From Lytechinus pictus (lineage: Eukaryota), in the NCBI RefSeq assembly GCF_037042905.1, contig NC_087252.1, positions 19,842,001 through 19,906,000 of the forward strand: a stretch of DNA of 64,000 nt, given 5' to 3'. Within the stretch, counting starts at the first letter, position 1; each line of letters begins with the position of its first letter. The notes beneath the pieces are model-generated. The model was not told where the DNA came from. It searched no databases and saw nothing but the letters and a program-made list of their open reading frames with translations. This document shows positions 54,401-64,000 of the stretch, piece after piece. The translations under genes were made by a program, and so were the position numbers.

Positions 54401-54748
54401 AAGAAAATTTCATAGAAGATGTGAGTACGAGGTAAAGAGTGTTCTTTGTTACATGCGTTTGTGAGTTATCTACGAAAATGCACTGGTAGTGTCCATGTCA
54501 ACATGTCTGCGTACTTGTCCAGAGTAATTTTCTTTTCCGGATGCGGTAGGATGTATAAAACAGAATTGAACGTAGTTTGTAGATGTAACTTGCATAATTG
54601 ACACCCCATAAAAAGTTATCTCGGCATTCATGGGTTATGAATTTGGGTATTTTGATATCTTTTAGTTTATCGTTGTACCTGTTATGGCATACCTGTCGAA
54701 TGAAATCAATCAATCAACTTACCAACCAACCAGTCAGTCGGTCGTCAG

Positions 54749-54804
<56 letters not shown>

Positions 54805-57800
54805 CTAGCTGCAAAAATTGAAAGAAATACCGTTACATGATTACTCTCATAAACATTTCTCTTTTTGTACCTTGATATTTATCATGTCCGATCTCCTCCC
54901 TCTTATTTGATAATCACTTTTAAATATGCACATTTGTCAGTCTGAGACTGTGAAACAGTGTATTGGGGCATTGTTGAACATAATGCTTGATGTGTTTGCA
55001 TTGTTCAACCATTGGGTCAACAAAAAAATAAGTTGTTCTTTTGTCAATGACCTTACCGAAACATTCTGCGAGGAACTCCTCAAACACAGCCTCAGGAGAC
55101 GATGCCTTTGCCGTTGCAATTGGAGTAGTTACACTCGTCGTTGAGTGCGCTGTGGATGGAGCAGCACCAGTAGTGGTTGGAGCCGATGTGGTAGTAGTTG
55201 GAGGCGAAGCTGTGGTTGTGGTTGGGGTTGTTAGTGGTGTAGTTGCTACCGTTTTGACTGTCGTGACTGTTGTCGGGGATTAACATAATGAGAGTTAAAA
55301 CATAATTCTCCTTAAACAAATCCCTATGAAAGAAAATAAAACTTTTAAAGAGGGGTAGTAGGCAGCAGTGGATGAGGATTTCATAGGTGCGGGTGTTGTT
55401 GATTTTTAGGAACCAAGATTACTATTCCACAGGGTGGGGAAATCTTTCTGATAAAAATGGTTATCGTTGGGAGAAATGACGTCATTGAATAAAACAATAC
55501 AACAAAAGTTGAAAAATCAGAATCAAAATATAAAAGCGAATGAAAAAGTCAAGGTTTGGTAATCAGCGAACAAATAATCATCAGTCATAACACCAACAAT
55601 GTTGATAAAAACTATTTACCAGGTGTCGTAGTTGTTGGAATGGTTGTAGTAGGAGCAGGTGTCGTAGTAACAATCTGCAGGATAATAATACAAATACCAT
55701 TAAAATTTCTAATCTAATGTACGTACACTTTAACCGGATTTCTTTTTATTTTTATTAATGCAGCAAAAACAGGCATTTAAACTATTTCACTGAATGATTT
55801 CAATTAAAACATTGCGTCAATTAAGAATAATAATATTAGTAATAATAATGATAATAATAATAACAATAAAAGGCATTTGTATAGCGCTACGTATAGAATA
55901 TCTATTCCAAGGCGCATTGTTATTATTAATATTAAAACATTAAATTTCGTTGTGCATCTACAGTGGAATGAATTGTAAGTGTAAGTAACAGAGCAGTGCC
56001 TTCGTACTCTTTTTTTAATAATAATAATTTCAATAACTATTTTAAAGGAACTTTATTTTGATATTTCAACATTTTTCATATACATGTACGTGTATGTTGT
56101 ATACATTTTCATCATGTGTGGCCTAGTCCAATTTCCCCTCACTTTTGACAAATGAAAAAAAAAATGAATTAAATTGAACGAAATGCACAGAATACAAAAG
56201 CAAACATCGTACATAATGTAGTCAATATAATTGCCATCATAATTCAAACCAATTAGATAATTAATGAACCACGATTAAGGCTTCTTTCAAAGTGGGCATA
56301 CATGACTGTATCATCTGTCATGTGGTGCTTGCGTTTTATTTTCGATTTCTTACATCAATTATGCTCAGGATATCGTATTTTCTTACCTACGTAATATGTT
56401 ATGATCATTCTTATCCTACAGAAGGGCACTATCTAACAAATAAAATGGCAAGGACCTGGTATTTTTACTCTTTCTTTTGGTACGTGAATTCTCCAGCTAA
56501 ACATCAAGCAATTAAAGACCAATCTAGGCCATGTGGAATAAGAATAATCCGCTTTTATATAGCGCTTAATACATCGGAACGACATGTCTAAGCGCTCTAC
56601 AGATATATTATTACCCCGGTCATCGGATTCAATCAGCCATTCCCGCACATAATGCATGTGTGCACATCCTCCACTCCCTGGGGATTATTCCAGTCAGTCG
56701 CCGGCTAGGCGCACACAGTAGAGGACAAACTACAATGACTTTAACATCCTACTGGGTACCAATTTAGCACCTGGGTCGAGAGTGGCAAACTGTGGATTAA
56801 CGCCTTGCCAAAGGACGCCAGACCGTGGTGTGATTCGAACACCCGACCCTCTGTCAGCGGCGTAACAGGGGTCGGTGGCCAGGGGGGGGGGGGGGGGGGC
56901 AAGAGCCAAAAATTTCCCGGTTATATCATGGAACAGGCAATGGCGTCATAAGGCAAACATTTTGAGGGGGCGATATGGTGTATCGGGCAAATATATATAT
57001 ATAAGCGAGCGAGCGAGCAAAAATTTTTGACATTTTTATTGCAAAAATCAAATTTTGTGATAGATTTTGACATAATGTGAAAAAGATGATATCATATTTC
57101 ACCTCTCTTTCCCTTTTTCTCTCTTTTTTTGTACGCCACGGTGAACAGGATTTTTGTTATAATTGTGAGCATCAGGGCGAAGCTCTATATGCTCGAGGGG
57201 GCCGAGTATGGCGCTTCTGGCAAGAAGTAGCTTAATATAGGTCCCGAGCGAGCGAAGCGAGCGAGATTAAAAAATCACATTTTCATGAGAATCTAACATA
57301 AAGATAGATTTTAACGTGATATTCAGAAAAATATAATACACTTTCCTTTCTTTCCTCATTTTTTTTTGCTTGGTTGTAGAACTTTTGGGGGCCATGGTCC
57401 AAACTCATCCATATAACAGTGCTTTATGGGTGGGGTCCAGGGCAGAGCCCCGGAACCTCTTGATATCAAAGCCATTTTAAACCTTACAGATGGCCACTTA
57501 TTTTAATCAAATTGCGTGTATATTTATATATCTTTAACACAACACATAAATTCAATACAGTTGTGTATCGTAATCATCCAAATATTGTGAGGGGCACACC
57601 ATAGCAAACGTGGGAAAATTTGTGAAAAGTCGCCAGCGAGCGAAGCGAGCCAGAAAAAAATGGCCTGTTAAAATGAAATTCTAATTATGTGATAGATTTT
57701 TACATCATTATAGCAAATATCATGTCATATATTTTTTTTCATTCATCTCATTTCGCTGCCTCCTTTATTTTCTTTTATTTCCCCTTGGCTGTGGAACCAC

Positions 57801-60800
57801 CCCCCAGTACGCCAGTGCTTCAACGTAAAGCTTAATGCAGGAAGGGTCCATATAGGGGCCCGTTATAGAACCCATTAAAGGTTACAGAAGAAGAGCCCCC
57901 ACTGCACGGGGTCTTGACTCTTGGACAGAGCCTTTGGAGATTTAGCAAGTTTATGATAGACTTTCATACGACATTATGCTATATACCATCCATTTTTCTT
58001 CCCGCTCGTTATCTCAATCCTCGGCAGCCCGGTAGTGTACGTTATCTTGTCCCTATTCTTTATTTTCCAATTTAGATTTTGGCTAATTCCATTCTGCCTT
58101 TATTTCCCGCTTTTGTTTGCCTTTTTGTCATCTTTAAATTATTTCCCTGTCTTACTAATCATGCTAATGTATTTGTATATCGGGGCGAATTGTTCTTTCT
58201 CATTTGTTCTTTTTCCTTCCTTTTCCCGTTATCTTTACGTTTTCCCTTTTTTATGTTTTTTCTTAGTTTTCTTTCCCTTTTCCTTTCCCTTTCCCCTTTT
58301 TTCTTTCCTTTCCCTTTCCCTTCCCTCCCCCCTTTTTTTCTTTACCCGGTTTTTTTTTATTTTCCCGGTGAGCTCCGCCAGGGGGGGGGGGGGCAGCTTG
58401 CCCCCCCTGCCCCCCCCCCCCCGCCTGTTACGCCACTGCCCTCTGTTTACAAGGCAAGAGTCAGAACCACTACACCACGGCTCCTCCAAACAAACAAAGT
58501 CGACATAAATTAACGAATAGCTTAAGAGCATCCACCCCAAATCAAAAAAAAAGAAAAAGAAATAGAAAAAAATCCATACCGTGGTTGTCTGTGGTTCTGC
58601 TGGGCCGTCAATTACACCTGTTAAAAAATAAACAAATTGGCAAACCGAAAATGAATTTCAATCAGAGCAAAACTTTGAATAATAATGTGACGCAAAGCTT
58701 TAGACAAAACCGACTCGAGGGGCCCGTAACATAAAGCGTAGCAACAATCGTAGAACATTTTTTCTACGATCATTGCATAGATTACAATGTCCAATCAATC
58801 GTGAAAATCAAGCGTACGATTAATCGCTAACCTTTGTGTTACGGGACCCAGGGGCCCGTTTCATAAAGGACTTGCAACTGTTGCAACTTTTCCCTTATAG
58901 CAACTACCATGGTAACCTTGATTATGATTGGCTGCTGAGCCCGGTTAACATGGTAGTTGCCATTATGGCAAAGTTGCCACAGTTGCAAGTCCTTTATGAA
59001 ACGGACCCCTGTGCTCCGTAACACAAAGATTAGCGATCAATCGCTAAATGAACCGACCAATCAATATCAATGTTACACGCCCATTCGGTTTATAATTTTG
59101 ACCAGGAATCAGTGCGGTTCTTTTATATGTGCAATTCATCGCAAGCCTTTGTGTTACGGAGCCCAGATCGACAAAAAGTATTACGTTATTAGTAATGTCA
59201 GACCGACGTGTCAGTTTCATTGGTGCGATATGTTCATGGAAATAAAAAGGGCATTTTATTTTTAGCAAGTACTTCGCAGACGCTTTCTATAACGCAGACT
59301 TGTAGAGAATCTTTTTTTTTCCAGAAGCCCTTCAAAACAAAACAGCCTTTGCCGAAAATCAGTGACTCAAAACACCAGTGTCATCATGGATTCTGGACAA
59401 AGGACCTATTTCCAATTTTTGGACAATGACCTCTAATCTGTACATTGTGATTTGACGGGCAGAGGGCATATTTCCAATTTTCGACAATGACCTCTCATCT
59501 GTAAACTGTGATTTGACGGGCATTTTCAAAAGATTTTCATTGTTGGAGAAAGAGTCTGCAAAGATGATGCTGAAATACGCTAATAGCGCAAACGAATCTA
59601 TTTGTTGATGGATGTGAGTTCATTAAGTAGTCTCCTTTGACCCATATCCATCCCAATATGTTGTGTATCATCTTCTATCATTTCGAATGATTCTGGCATG
59701 TCATGAATACCGGAATTCCCTCATTAATTGAAATCATGTCCAAACAAATATCATGAAATTCATTTGATGATCGGCTAAGGTAAGATGAATATCAACATGA
59801 TAATTGCAATAGTTATTGCCGATTGTTGGGAGGTTCTCTTCATTTTCAAACTATAGACATGGACATTTTTAAATTTTGATAACTATTAAATATTTAATTC
59901 TGATAACTATAGACATGTTCAAGCGCTGGGTACCATTTTCCAAATATCATATGATTACAGTTTTGTATGAAGACATGCCGAGGAAAGTGAGATTGAAGTA
60001 ATATTGTTTGGAATTATCAGGCATACAATAATAACAATGAACAGTTACAATACATGGTTAAACATACTAATAATGATGATGATAATAATAGCCATATTTC
60101 TAATGCGCACATATCCCTTCCAAGGAATGCTCAAGGCGCCTGACAATATAAAGCCATCATAATTAACAAGTAAATAAGAAAAATATCAAATACTTTAATA
60201 TTAAATCATACATTAATAATAATTACACCTGTTTAAAAACATCAATATTGAGTAAAATAATTTGTCAATAATAATCATGTTTAAAGTTGTTAGTGGATTT
60301 TTTTTTATAAGTATGGTAATTGCTAGGGATTCAAGACTCCATGATGAAGAAGTATTATGTCATTTTTTTTAAAGACATCATCATGGAGTCCTCAAGACTA
60401 GGTAATTGTTATATATTCTACAAGAGACATTCATGTGTTTTTAGTGTAAATTGGGAGATTATTTACTTACAATCATACTGCACAAATAAATAGCCGCTCT
60501 CTCTCTCAGGGCAAGACCCGGTGCAAGTAAGAGTACATTCATGAGAATTAGGTGCGAATGAGCAAAGTATATTATACGAGATCGTCCTTTCGCTAGAGGA
60601 GCACGAGGTAAAATCACTACGATCAAAGTCACCGCATTCCTCATAGCCCAAGCAGAACGCTTCGGTTATCACGATATCTTCTCCCGCTTTACATCGTAGG
60701 GTACTCGTGGCGGAACGATGGCCATTCTTACATTTCTTTTCTGAATTGAAATGAAGTGAAGATATAAAGGGAACATTTTTTACAGCGACACAGAATGACT

Positions 60801-61289
60801 CCTTCAACGAACCTATTCCTTTGAAAATGAAAGTCAAATCACAGTTAAGTATTTGTCGAGGGTCGAAGAATCGGAAATGCAGGTTCTTAGTGACTCTGGA
60901 CAAACGAAATATTTGCAATTTTTTCCGTCACTTGTGAAACGTCGGGCAGAACTGTTGTTCCGATTCGACTCCATTGTGATAATGACTTGTATTTTCAAAG
61001 GAATCTGTGAGTTGTAGAGTCATTCATTGTCGCTGTACGAAAATTCCTTAAAATTATAAAGGAACGGTCGAAACTTAATGTTAACAGTGGTCAGCAGTGG
61101 AGCATGTAGGGATAGGAAGTACATGTGATGGTCAGCATCGTGGACAGAAGTTAAGGGAGGGTAATAAGGAAACAAGTTTTGAGTGCGATCTCAGAGCACT
61201 GGTGAATATGTGAAATGCTTCTTAAAAAAACTAAAAACCCCAACACCAACAGCAACAACTACTACTACTACTTCTACTTCTACTACTAT

Positions 61290-61387
<98 letters not shown>

Positions 61388-61499
61388 TACTATACCACCA
61401 CTACTACTATACCACCACTACTACTACTACTATTCCTACCACTACTACAACTTCAACTATACTACTACAACTACAACAACAACAACAACAACAACCACA

Positions 61500-61557
<58 letters not shown>

Positions 61558-63714
61558 ATACTACTACAACAACAACTACTTTACTACCACTCCTTATATA
61601 TTCCATTATGTATTCAATGAGATACGTCATAGAGGATTTAAATAGGGTTTCATGTACTACGTTCTGGTCTGAATGTGAAAAAGTCTGCTTGCGATGCGCG
61701 CTAGTACTTTGATTAGAGAAATAAGTATCCTCATCACTGATCTCAAAAACACTGTAAAAATGATGTGCTAATTTAGCACTTACAGTGCTTGTATATAGTG
61801 ACTGCACTACGAGTACACTCGTAGTGCAGTCACTATACAAGCACTGTAAGTGCTAAATTAACACTTCATTTTTTACAGTGAATGCATATATATATATATA
61901 TATATATATGGTAATAAAACACGTGGTCATTTCTTAAAGCTAGAGAAAAGATATTCACGTCTTGATGTGCGTAAGTTTTTTCTTTTCTAACCGAGTGATA
62001 GATGTGTGGAACAGTCTCCCAGAAGATGTAGTTAATGCTTGTTCAGTGATTGCATTTAAGAATAGACTGGATAAGCATTGGGAGAAGATTGCCTATGATT
62101 TTGAGTGATTTTCGATTCTCGTGTGTTTTCATGGAAATTTCTGCTGGCTATGATACCCCTGCCACCCCTCCCTGCCAACAAAAGTAGCACATCTAATTTT
62201 GTCTGAAGGAGAGCAGCAATCGACATTCTTCTTTGATCGATGAACAGGCTTAGTCCTACAACATCGTTGGAGTAAACTAAACTATATATATAAACCCCTC
62301 AAAAAAAGTTTGGAAATCTATGTTTGGCCATTAATTTCTCCCAACTTCTAACTTTACACAATGCACATTTTACATCATCCAAAAAGATCATTTAATTCTC
62401 TCTAAAATGATACCATGCTTGTTATAATCATGCCATCACGAAAAGAGCAGGATTAAAAAATGTTGGATAAGGTCTGAATTGAAAAGCTGCAAAACGAGCA
62501 AAATATGTTTGGAAATCTGAGTTTGGCCATTAATTTCTCCCAACTCCCAATGTAACACAATGCATATTTGATATCATTCAAAAGATCATTAAATTCTCTT
62601 TAAGATGATACAATGCTTGTTATGATCATGCCATCACGATAAGAGCAGGATTCAAAAGTGTTGGGCGAGGTCTGAATTGAAAAGCTGCAAAACGAGCAGA
62701 AATAGTCATGAAGGGTCAATACAGAACATGATTCTTTTGTCTGTGTCAGTAGAGATGAAAATCCATTGAAATCAAGCTCCTGCTTCTGTACAGTAGTGAT
62801 GTTTCTGTGAGATAACATGGTTTGAGACTTTGAGTCTATGCATGTGTGTTTGCTATATGTTTGCTTGTGCAGAGGTGTGTTTGATTCCATGTTAATGTTG
62901 ATGTTAAGGTGCATGAAAACAATTAAAAGAAACCGCTGAGAAACTCACTCATCACCACTGAAAAAAGAACAGTGACTTTCAATATTGTGTCATTTTGTAA
63001 CTTTTGAATTTTGATCTTGCCCCACATTTCAATGCACTGCACCTCAATGTGAACCATAATCATATCATGTAGGGTATCATTTTAAAGAAAATTAAATGCC
63101 CTATTCATTAATATCAATTACACCTTGATATTTACTAAAAGCGCGGAGGGATTATCGATCAAAGTCAGATTTCCAAACTTTTTTTGAGAGCTTATACATA
63201 TATATATATGTATTATATGAAACAGCTCGCGTTTCGTGAGCTTACTTTTATTTTTTTTTCATTGTTTGAATCCTGCACCCTGTTCATGATTATAAAGGAA
63301 TCCCTATAATATTCTGTGTTCAGGGATAAAAAAACCCCGAAATATGAGAACCTATATCATCTAGTCTTTATGAAATAGTTAAAGTTAATGCTAACATGTG
63401 CTTATATTCAGTCTTTAGAGCTACTTCAGCTGTTCAAGTAGCCGATCGGATGTTTTTTGGAATGCATTTGTGTTCTCTGTCGCACTGCATGAGATGATAT
63501 TCCCATCCTAGCACGTAGAATGAAGAAGGAAAAAGAGGAAAGGATATATTAAATGGAAATATGGAAGGAAATAAACAAAAATTCACATCCACAATATATA
63601 TAACACCACAATAATTTGTTTTTGTTTGTTTAAGAAAGATCTATCTTTTTACTTACCTGTTTTACTTTTCTTCACAGTTCTAACAGTACCAGCGGCGGCA
63701 ATTGTAGTAGGCAC
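37032..63714 (-). CDS. Adhesion GPCR (class B2), 5'-partial: lectin-like module, mucin stalk, GAIN/GPS, 7TM; 18 exons
   Basis: Exons 5'->3': 63657-63714, 60471-60740, 58580-58617, 55620-55674, 55057-55266, 54268-54393, 53240-53466, 52226-52275, 51657-51765, 49606-49718, 48620-48722, 46136-46337, 42233-42299, 41448-41514, 39114-39229, 38534-38660, 37985-38026, 37032-37106. All GT-AG and phase-consistent, 2055 nt open. GPS WTTDGC..VTCRCDHL; class-B motifs AWGVP, SCWL, FTW, SQGIIVFVFYCLFNPQ. Confidence 0.9.
37985..38026 (-). CDS. Adhesion GPCR TM7 exon (GIIVFVFYCLFNPQ)
   Basis: 42-nt phase 0-0 exon carrying the class-B GxxxFxFxCxxN signature. Confidence 0.9.
38534..38660 (-). CDS. Adhesion GPCR TM6-TM7 exon (…LLSLVLVFTWIL…YMFHICVVSQ)
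   Basis: TW motif of TM6, YxF..Q of TM7; gaacag / gtaggt. Confidence 0.85.
39114..39229 (-). CDS. Adhesion GPCR TM5-ICL3 exon (VNITLSIITAYYMFR...)
   Basis: Conserved TM5 Asn; tcttag / gttagt; phase 0->2. Confidence 0.82.
39637..39891. mobile_element. CACT-ended MITE, TA-flanked
   Basis: ta|cactctaaaaaatattg ... caatattctttttacagtg|ta. Confidence 0.7.
40198..41411. mobile_element. HINE-like (non-autonomous Helentron-type) element with ~165-190-bp tandem core repeats
   Basis: Subterminal inverted repeat gtctcgcttgca / tgcaggcgagac, terminal hairpin, GCC/GTC tract, A-run flanks with no TSD, about 6 core units. Confidence 0.75.
41448..41514 (-). CDS. Adhesion GPCR ECL2-TM5 exon (SCWLVESLTPYKIFLSTIIIGVL)
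   Basis: Conserved CWL motif; ccacag / gtaata. Confidence 0.85.
41880..42138 (-). mobile_element. tRNA-derived SINE
   Basis: Same core (gggtacccattcacctcacctgggtcgag) and tRNA-like head as 26173-26479. Confidence 0.82.
42233..42299 (-). CDS. Adhesion GPCR TM4-ECL2 exon (GVPLAIVGLLYNVYPHAFGTPE)
   Basis: Completes the WGxP motif; tatcag / gtaaat; phase 1->2. Confidence 0.85.
42648..43585 (+). mobile_element. L1/Tx1-like LINE 3' fragment
   Basis: CSFC...EETYKHLFF-C zinc-knuckle remnant, LLNHIILLIKYLIY, ...HYKKW; long T-rich 3' UTR ending in aataaa plus an A-rich tail. Confidence 0.72.
44549..44738. mobile_element. MITE
   Basis: TIRs gatattgactgatgggg / ccccatcagtcaatatc. Confidence 0.7.
44938..45016. 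repeat. (TA)n microsatellite
   Basis: Read directly. Confidence 0.95.
46136..46337 (-). CDS. Adhesion GPCR TM3-ICL2-TM4 exon
   Basis: VCAAMAAAMQYLFTVYGTWLVVQ ... FIAAWG; taacag / gtaatt. Confidence 0.88.
46979..48163. mobile_element. Second HINE-like family with about 7 tandem ~152-bp core units
   Basis: Start aaacaagagtg; subterminal IR acacccgcct / agacgggcgt; ggacagacggacagac tract; A-run flanks. Confidence 0.75.
48203..48542. repeat. (CTA)n microsatellite
   Basis: Read directly. Confidence 0.92.
48620..48722 (-). CDS. Adhesion GPCR TM2 exon
   Basis: VQMNIAISCCLAHLIYLVG corresponds to class-B IHxNLxxSLxLAxxxFLxG; gagcag / gtatta. Confidence 0.85.
49606..49718 (-). CDS. Adhesion GPCR TM1 exon
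   Basis: VLGGISIISLLVLVIVYYIF hydrophobic helix; ttacag / gtatgt. Confidence 0.85.
50040..51020. repeat. Degenerate ~155-bp tandem array in a GPCR intron
   Basis: ttacgatctactgtagata-like motif at ~50070, 50220, 50383, 50533, 50688, 50845, 50996. Confidence 0.72.
51657..51765 (-). CDS. Adhesion GPCR GPS exon (DWKWTTDGCRVVYSNYTHVTCRCDHLAAIALERAPK)
   Basis: W-x3-GC...C-x-C-x-H-L GPS motif; ttgtag acceptor, gtatag donor. Confidence 0.92.
51853..52126. repeat. Tandem duplication of ~135 bp
   Basis: ttttattactttttttgtatt...gaggtggaggacggaaatggatggag occurs twice, nearly identical. Confidence 0.88.
52226..52275 (-). CDS. Adhesion GPCR exon with first GPS cysteine (DFENEVPLCTSMRGAA)
   Basis: gtttag acceptor, gtaagt donor, phase 0->2. 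Confidence 0.8.
53240..53466 (-). CDS. Adhesion GPCR GAIN subdomain B exon (…RALNSVVNVTVFC…YVDVAFPAKI)
   Basis: LNSxV strand typical of GAIN-B; ttgtag acceptor, gtaagt donor. Confidence 0.85.
54268..54393 (-). CDS. Adhesion GPCR GAIN-region exon (GNASAGEADVKPYRPLTF...SLQSKP)
   Basis: gtttcag acceptor, gtagac donor, phase 1-1, open frame. Confidence 0.78.
54749..54804. repeat. (TCAA)n microsatellite
   Basis: Read directly. Confidence 0.92.
55057..55266 (-). CDS. Adhesion GPCR mucin stalk exon ending in PEAVFEEFLAECF
   Basis: Thr/Ser/Pro-rich frame, G|gtaagg donor; the acceptor (caacag) was chosen by phase and by an upstream in-frame TAA. Confidence 0.78.
55620..55674 (-). CDS. Adhesion GPCR mucin exon (IVTTTPAPTTTIPTTTTP)
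   Basis: ctgcag acceptor, gtaaat donor, phase 0->1; Thr/Pro-rich. Confidence 0.78.
56545..58487 (-). mobile_element. tRNA-derived SINE split in its head by a hAT-like insertion (56855-58438)
   Basis: SINE body 56545-56854, rest of the head 58439-58487. Confidence 0.78.
56855..58438. mobile_element. hAT-like non-autonomous element, 8-bp TSD
   Basis: TIRs cagcggcgtaacagg / cctgttacgccactg; ccctctgt at 56847-56854 and 58439-58446. Confidence 0.88.
58580..58617 (-). CDS. Adhesion GPCR micro-exon (C-VIDGPAEPQTTT)
   Basis: tttaacag acceptor, gtatgg donor; completes the split TGT (Cys) codon. Confidence 0.72.
58719..59165. mobile_element. Cluster of three abutting palindromic MITEs (Harbinger-like, CWG junctions)
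   Basis: ggggcccgtaacataaag..ctttgtgttacgggaccc; gggcccgtttcataaagg..cctttatgaaacggaccc; gtgctccgtaacacaaag..ctttgtgttacggagccc, joined at cag/ctg. Confidence 0.8.
60471..60740 (-). CDS. Adhesion GPCR exon, Cys-rich SUEL/rhamnose-binding-lectin-like module
   Basis: Symmetric phase 1-1 exon; TLRCKAGEDIVITEA ... GYLFVQYDC resembles the SUEL-lectin termini LxCxxGxxIxIxxA ... YLxVxYxC. Confidence 0.8.
61242..61590. repeat. (CTA)n/(CAA)n microsatellite
   Basis: Read directly. Confidence 0.92.
61750..61880. mobile_element. Near-perfect hairpin MITE
   Basis: cactgtaaaaa...tgactgcactacgagt ac actcgtagtgcagtca...tttttacagtg. Confidence 0.78.
61915..62283 (+). mobile_element. CR1 LINE 3' fragment
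   Basis: Translates as TRGHFLKLEKRYSRLDVRK-FFSNRVIDVWNSLPEDVV...FKNRLDKHW, the typical CR1 ORF2 C-terminus; (TAAAC)n tail. Confidence 0.85.
62293..63192. mobile_element. Tc1/mariner-type non-autonomous element, copy 2
   Basis: Same TIRs and internal sequence as 15580-16690; sits in a TA run. Confidence 0.82.
63657..63714 (-). CDS. Adhesion GPCR exon (VPTTIAAAGTVRTVKKSKT)
   Basis: ttatag acceptor, G|gtaagt donor, phase 1 into the lectin exon. Confidence 0.65.
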
Positions 63715-64000
63715 CTATAACAAAAGAAATGACAAGGACGAAAGATTAATTTACCAGTTGAATAATAATAAAAAATGTAACCATTATCGAGACGTAATTA
63801 TTTAGGGATCGGCAAGAAAAGGCTTTTAAATCTTTTGATATCTTAAAAATACTATCACACTTCACCCTCTTTTTCTTTCCTCTCCTTTCGCTTCCTCCTT
63901 TTTTTAAAATCCGGGTTGTGATATTGTGGCGGGGGGGGGGGGGGGGGGGCAGTGCTCCATCACATTATTTGAATGGCAATTATCTCCAGCTCAGAGTTGA

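Noticed and set aside
55041..55283. Val-rich + strand ORF
   Set aside because: Reverse complement of the Thr-rich mucin exon of the GPCR.
61183..61840. Poly-Thr/Tyr/Val ORFs as extra mucin exons (also 48271-48600)
   Set aside because: Pure (CTA)n microsatellites; the Thr frame is on the strand opposite the GPCR and the exon chain is phase-complete without them.

Overview
AT-rich, intron-rich animal genomic DNA; the repeat content (tRNA-headed SINEs, CR1/L2 LINEs, TTAA- and CWG-targeted MITEs, HINE-like tandem-core elements) suggests an echinoderm such as a sea urchin (inference). I reconstructed two convergent spliced genes by hand from GT-AG sites and intron phases. (1) A + strand NXPE-family gene (type II membrane anchor, Ig-like region, GDS...H PC-esterase domain) with 5 phase-consistent coding exons at 25712-33683, plus a possible first exon at 23118-23223 carrying an in-frame TGA. 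(2) An adhesion GPCR on the - strand with 18 phase-consistent exons at 63714->37032 (684 codons plus stop; the 5' end lies outside the window). It has a degenerate SUEL-type lectin module, a mucin stalk, a short GAIN region, a GPS reading HL|A instead of HL|T/S, and a divergent 7TM. The rest is deeply nested mobile DNA. The main structure is an 8.1-kb foldback (Mutator-like) element with ~1.3-1.5-kb inverted arms, a perfect 9-bp TSD, several nested insertions and a probable template-switch junction. Other items: a SINE>LINE>DNA transposon>MITE stack, a near-complete frameshifted LINE, and a possible orphan first exon inside a GPCR intron. There is no CRISPR array, rRNA or true tRNA gene. No database searches were run; family names come from motif recognition.
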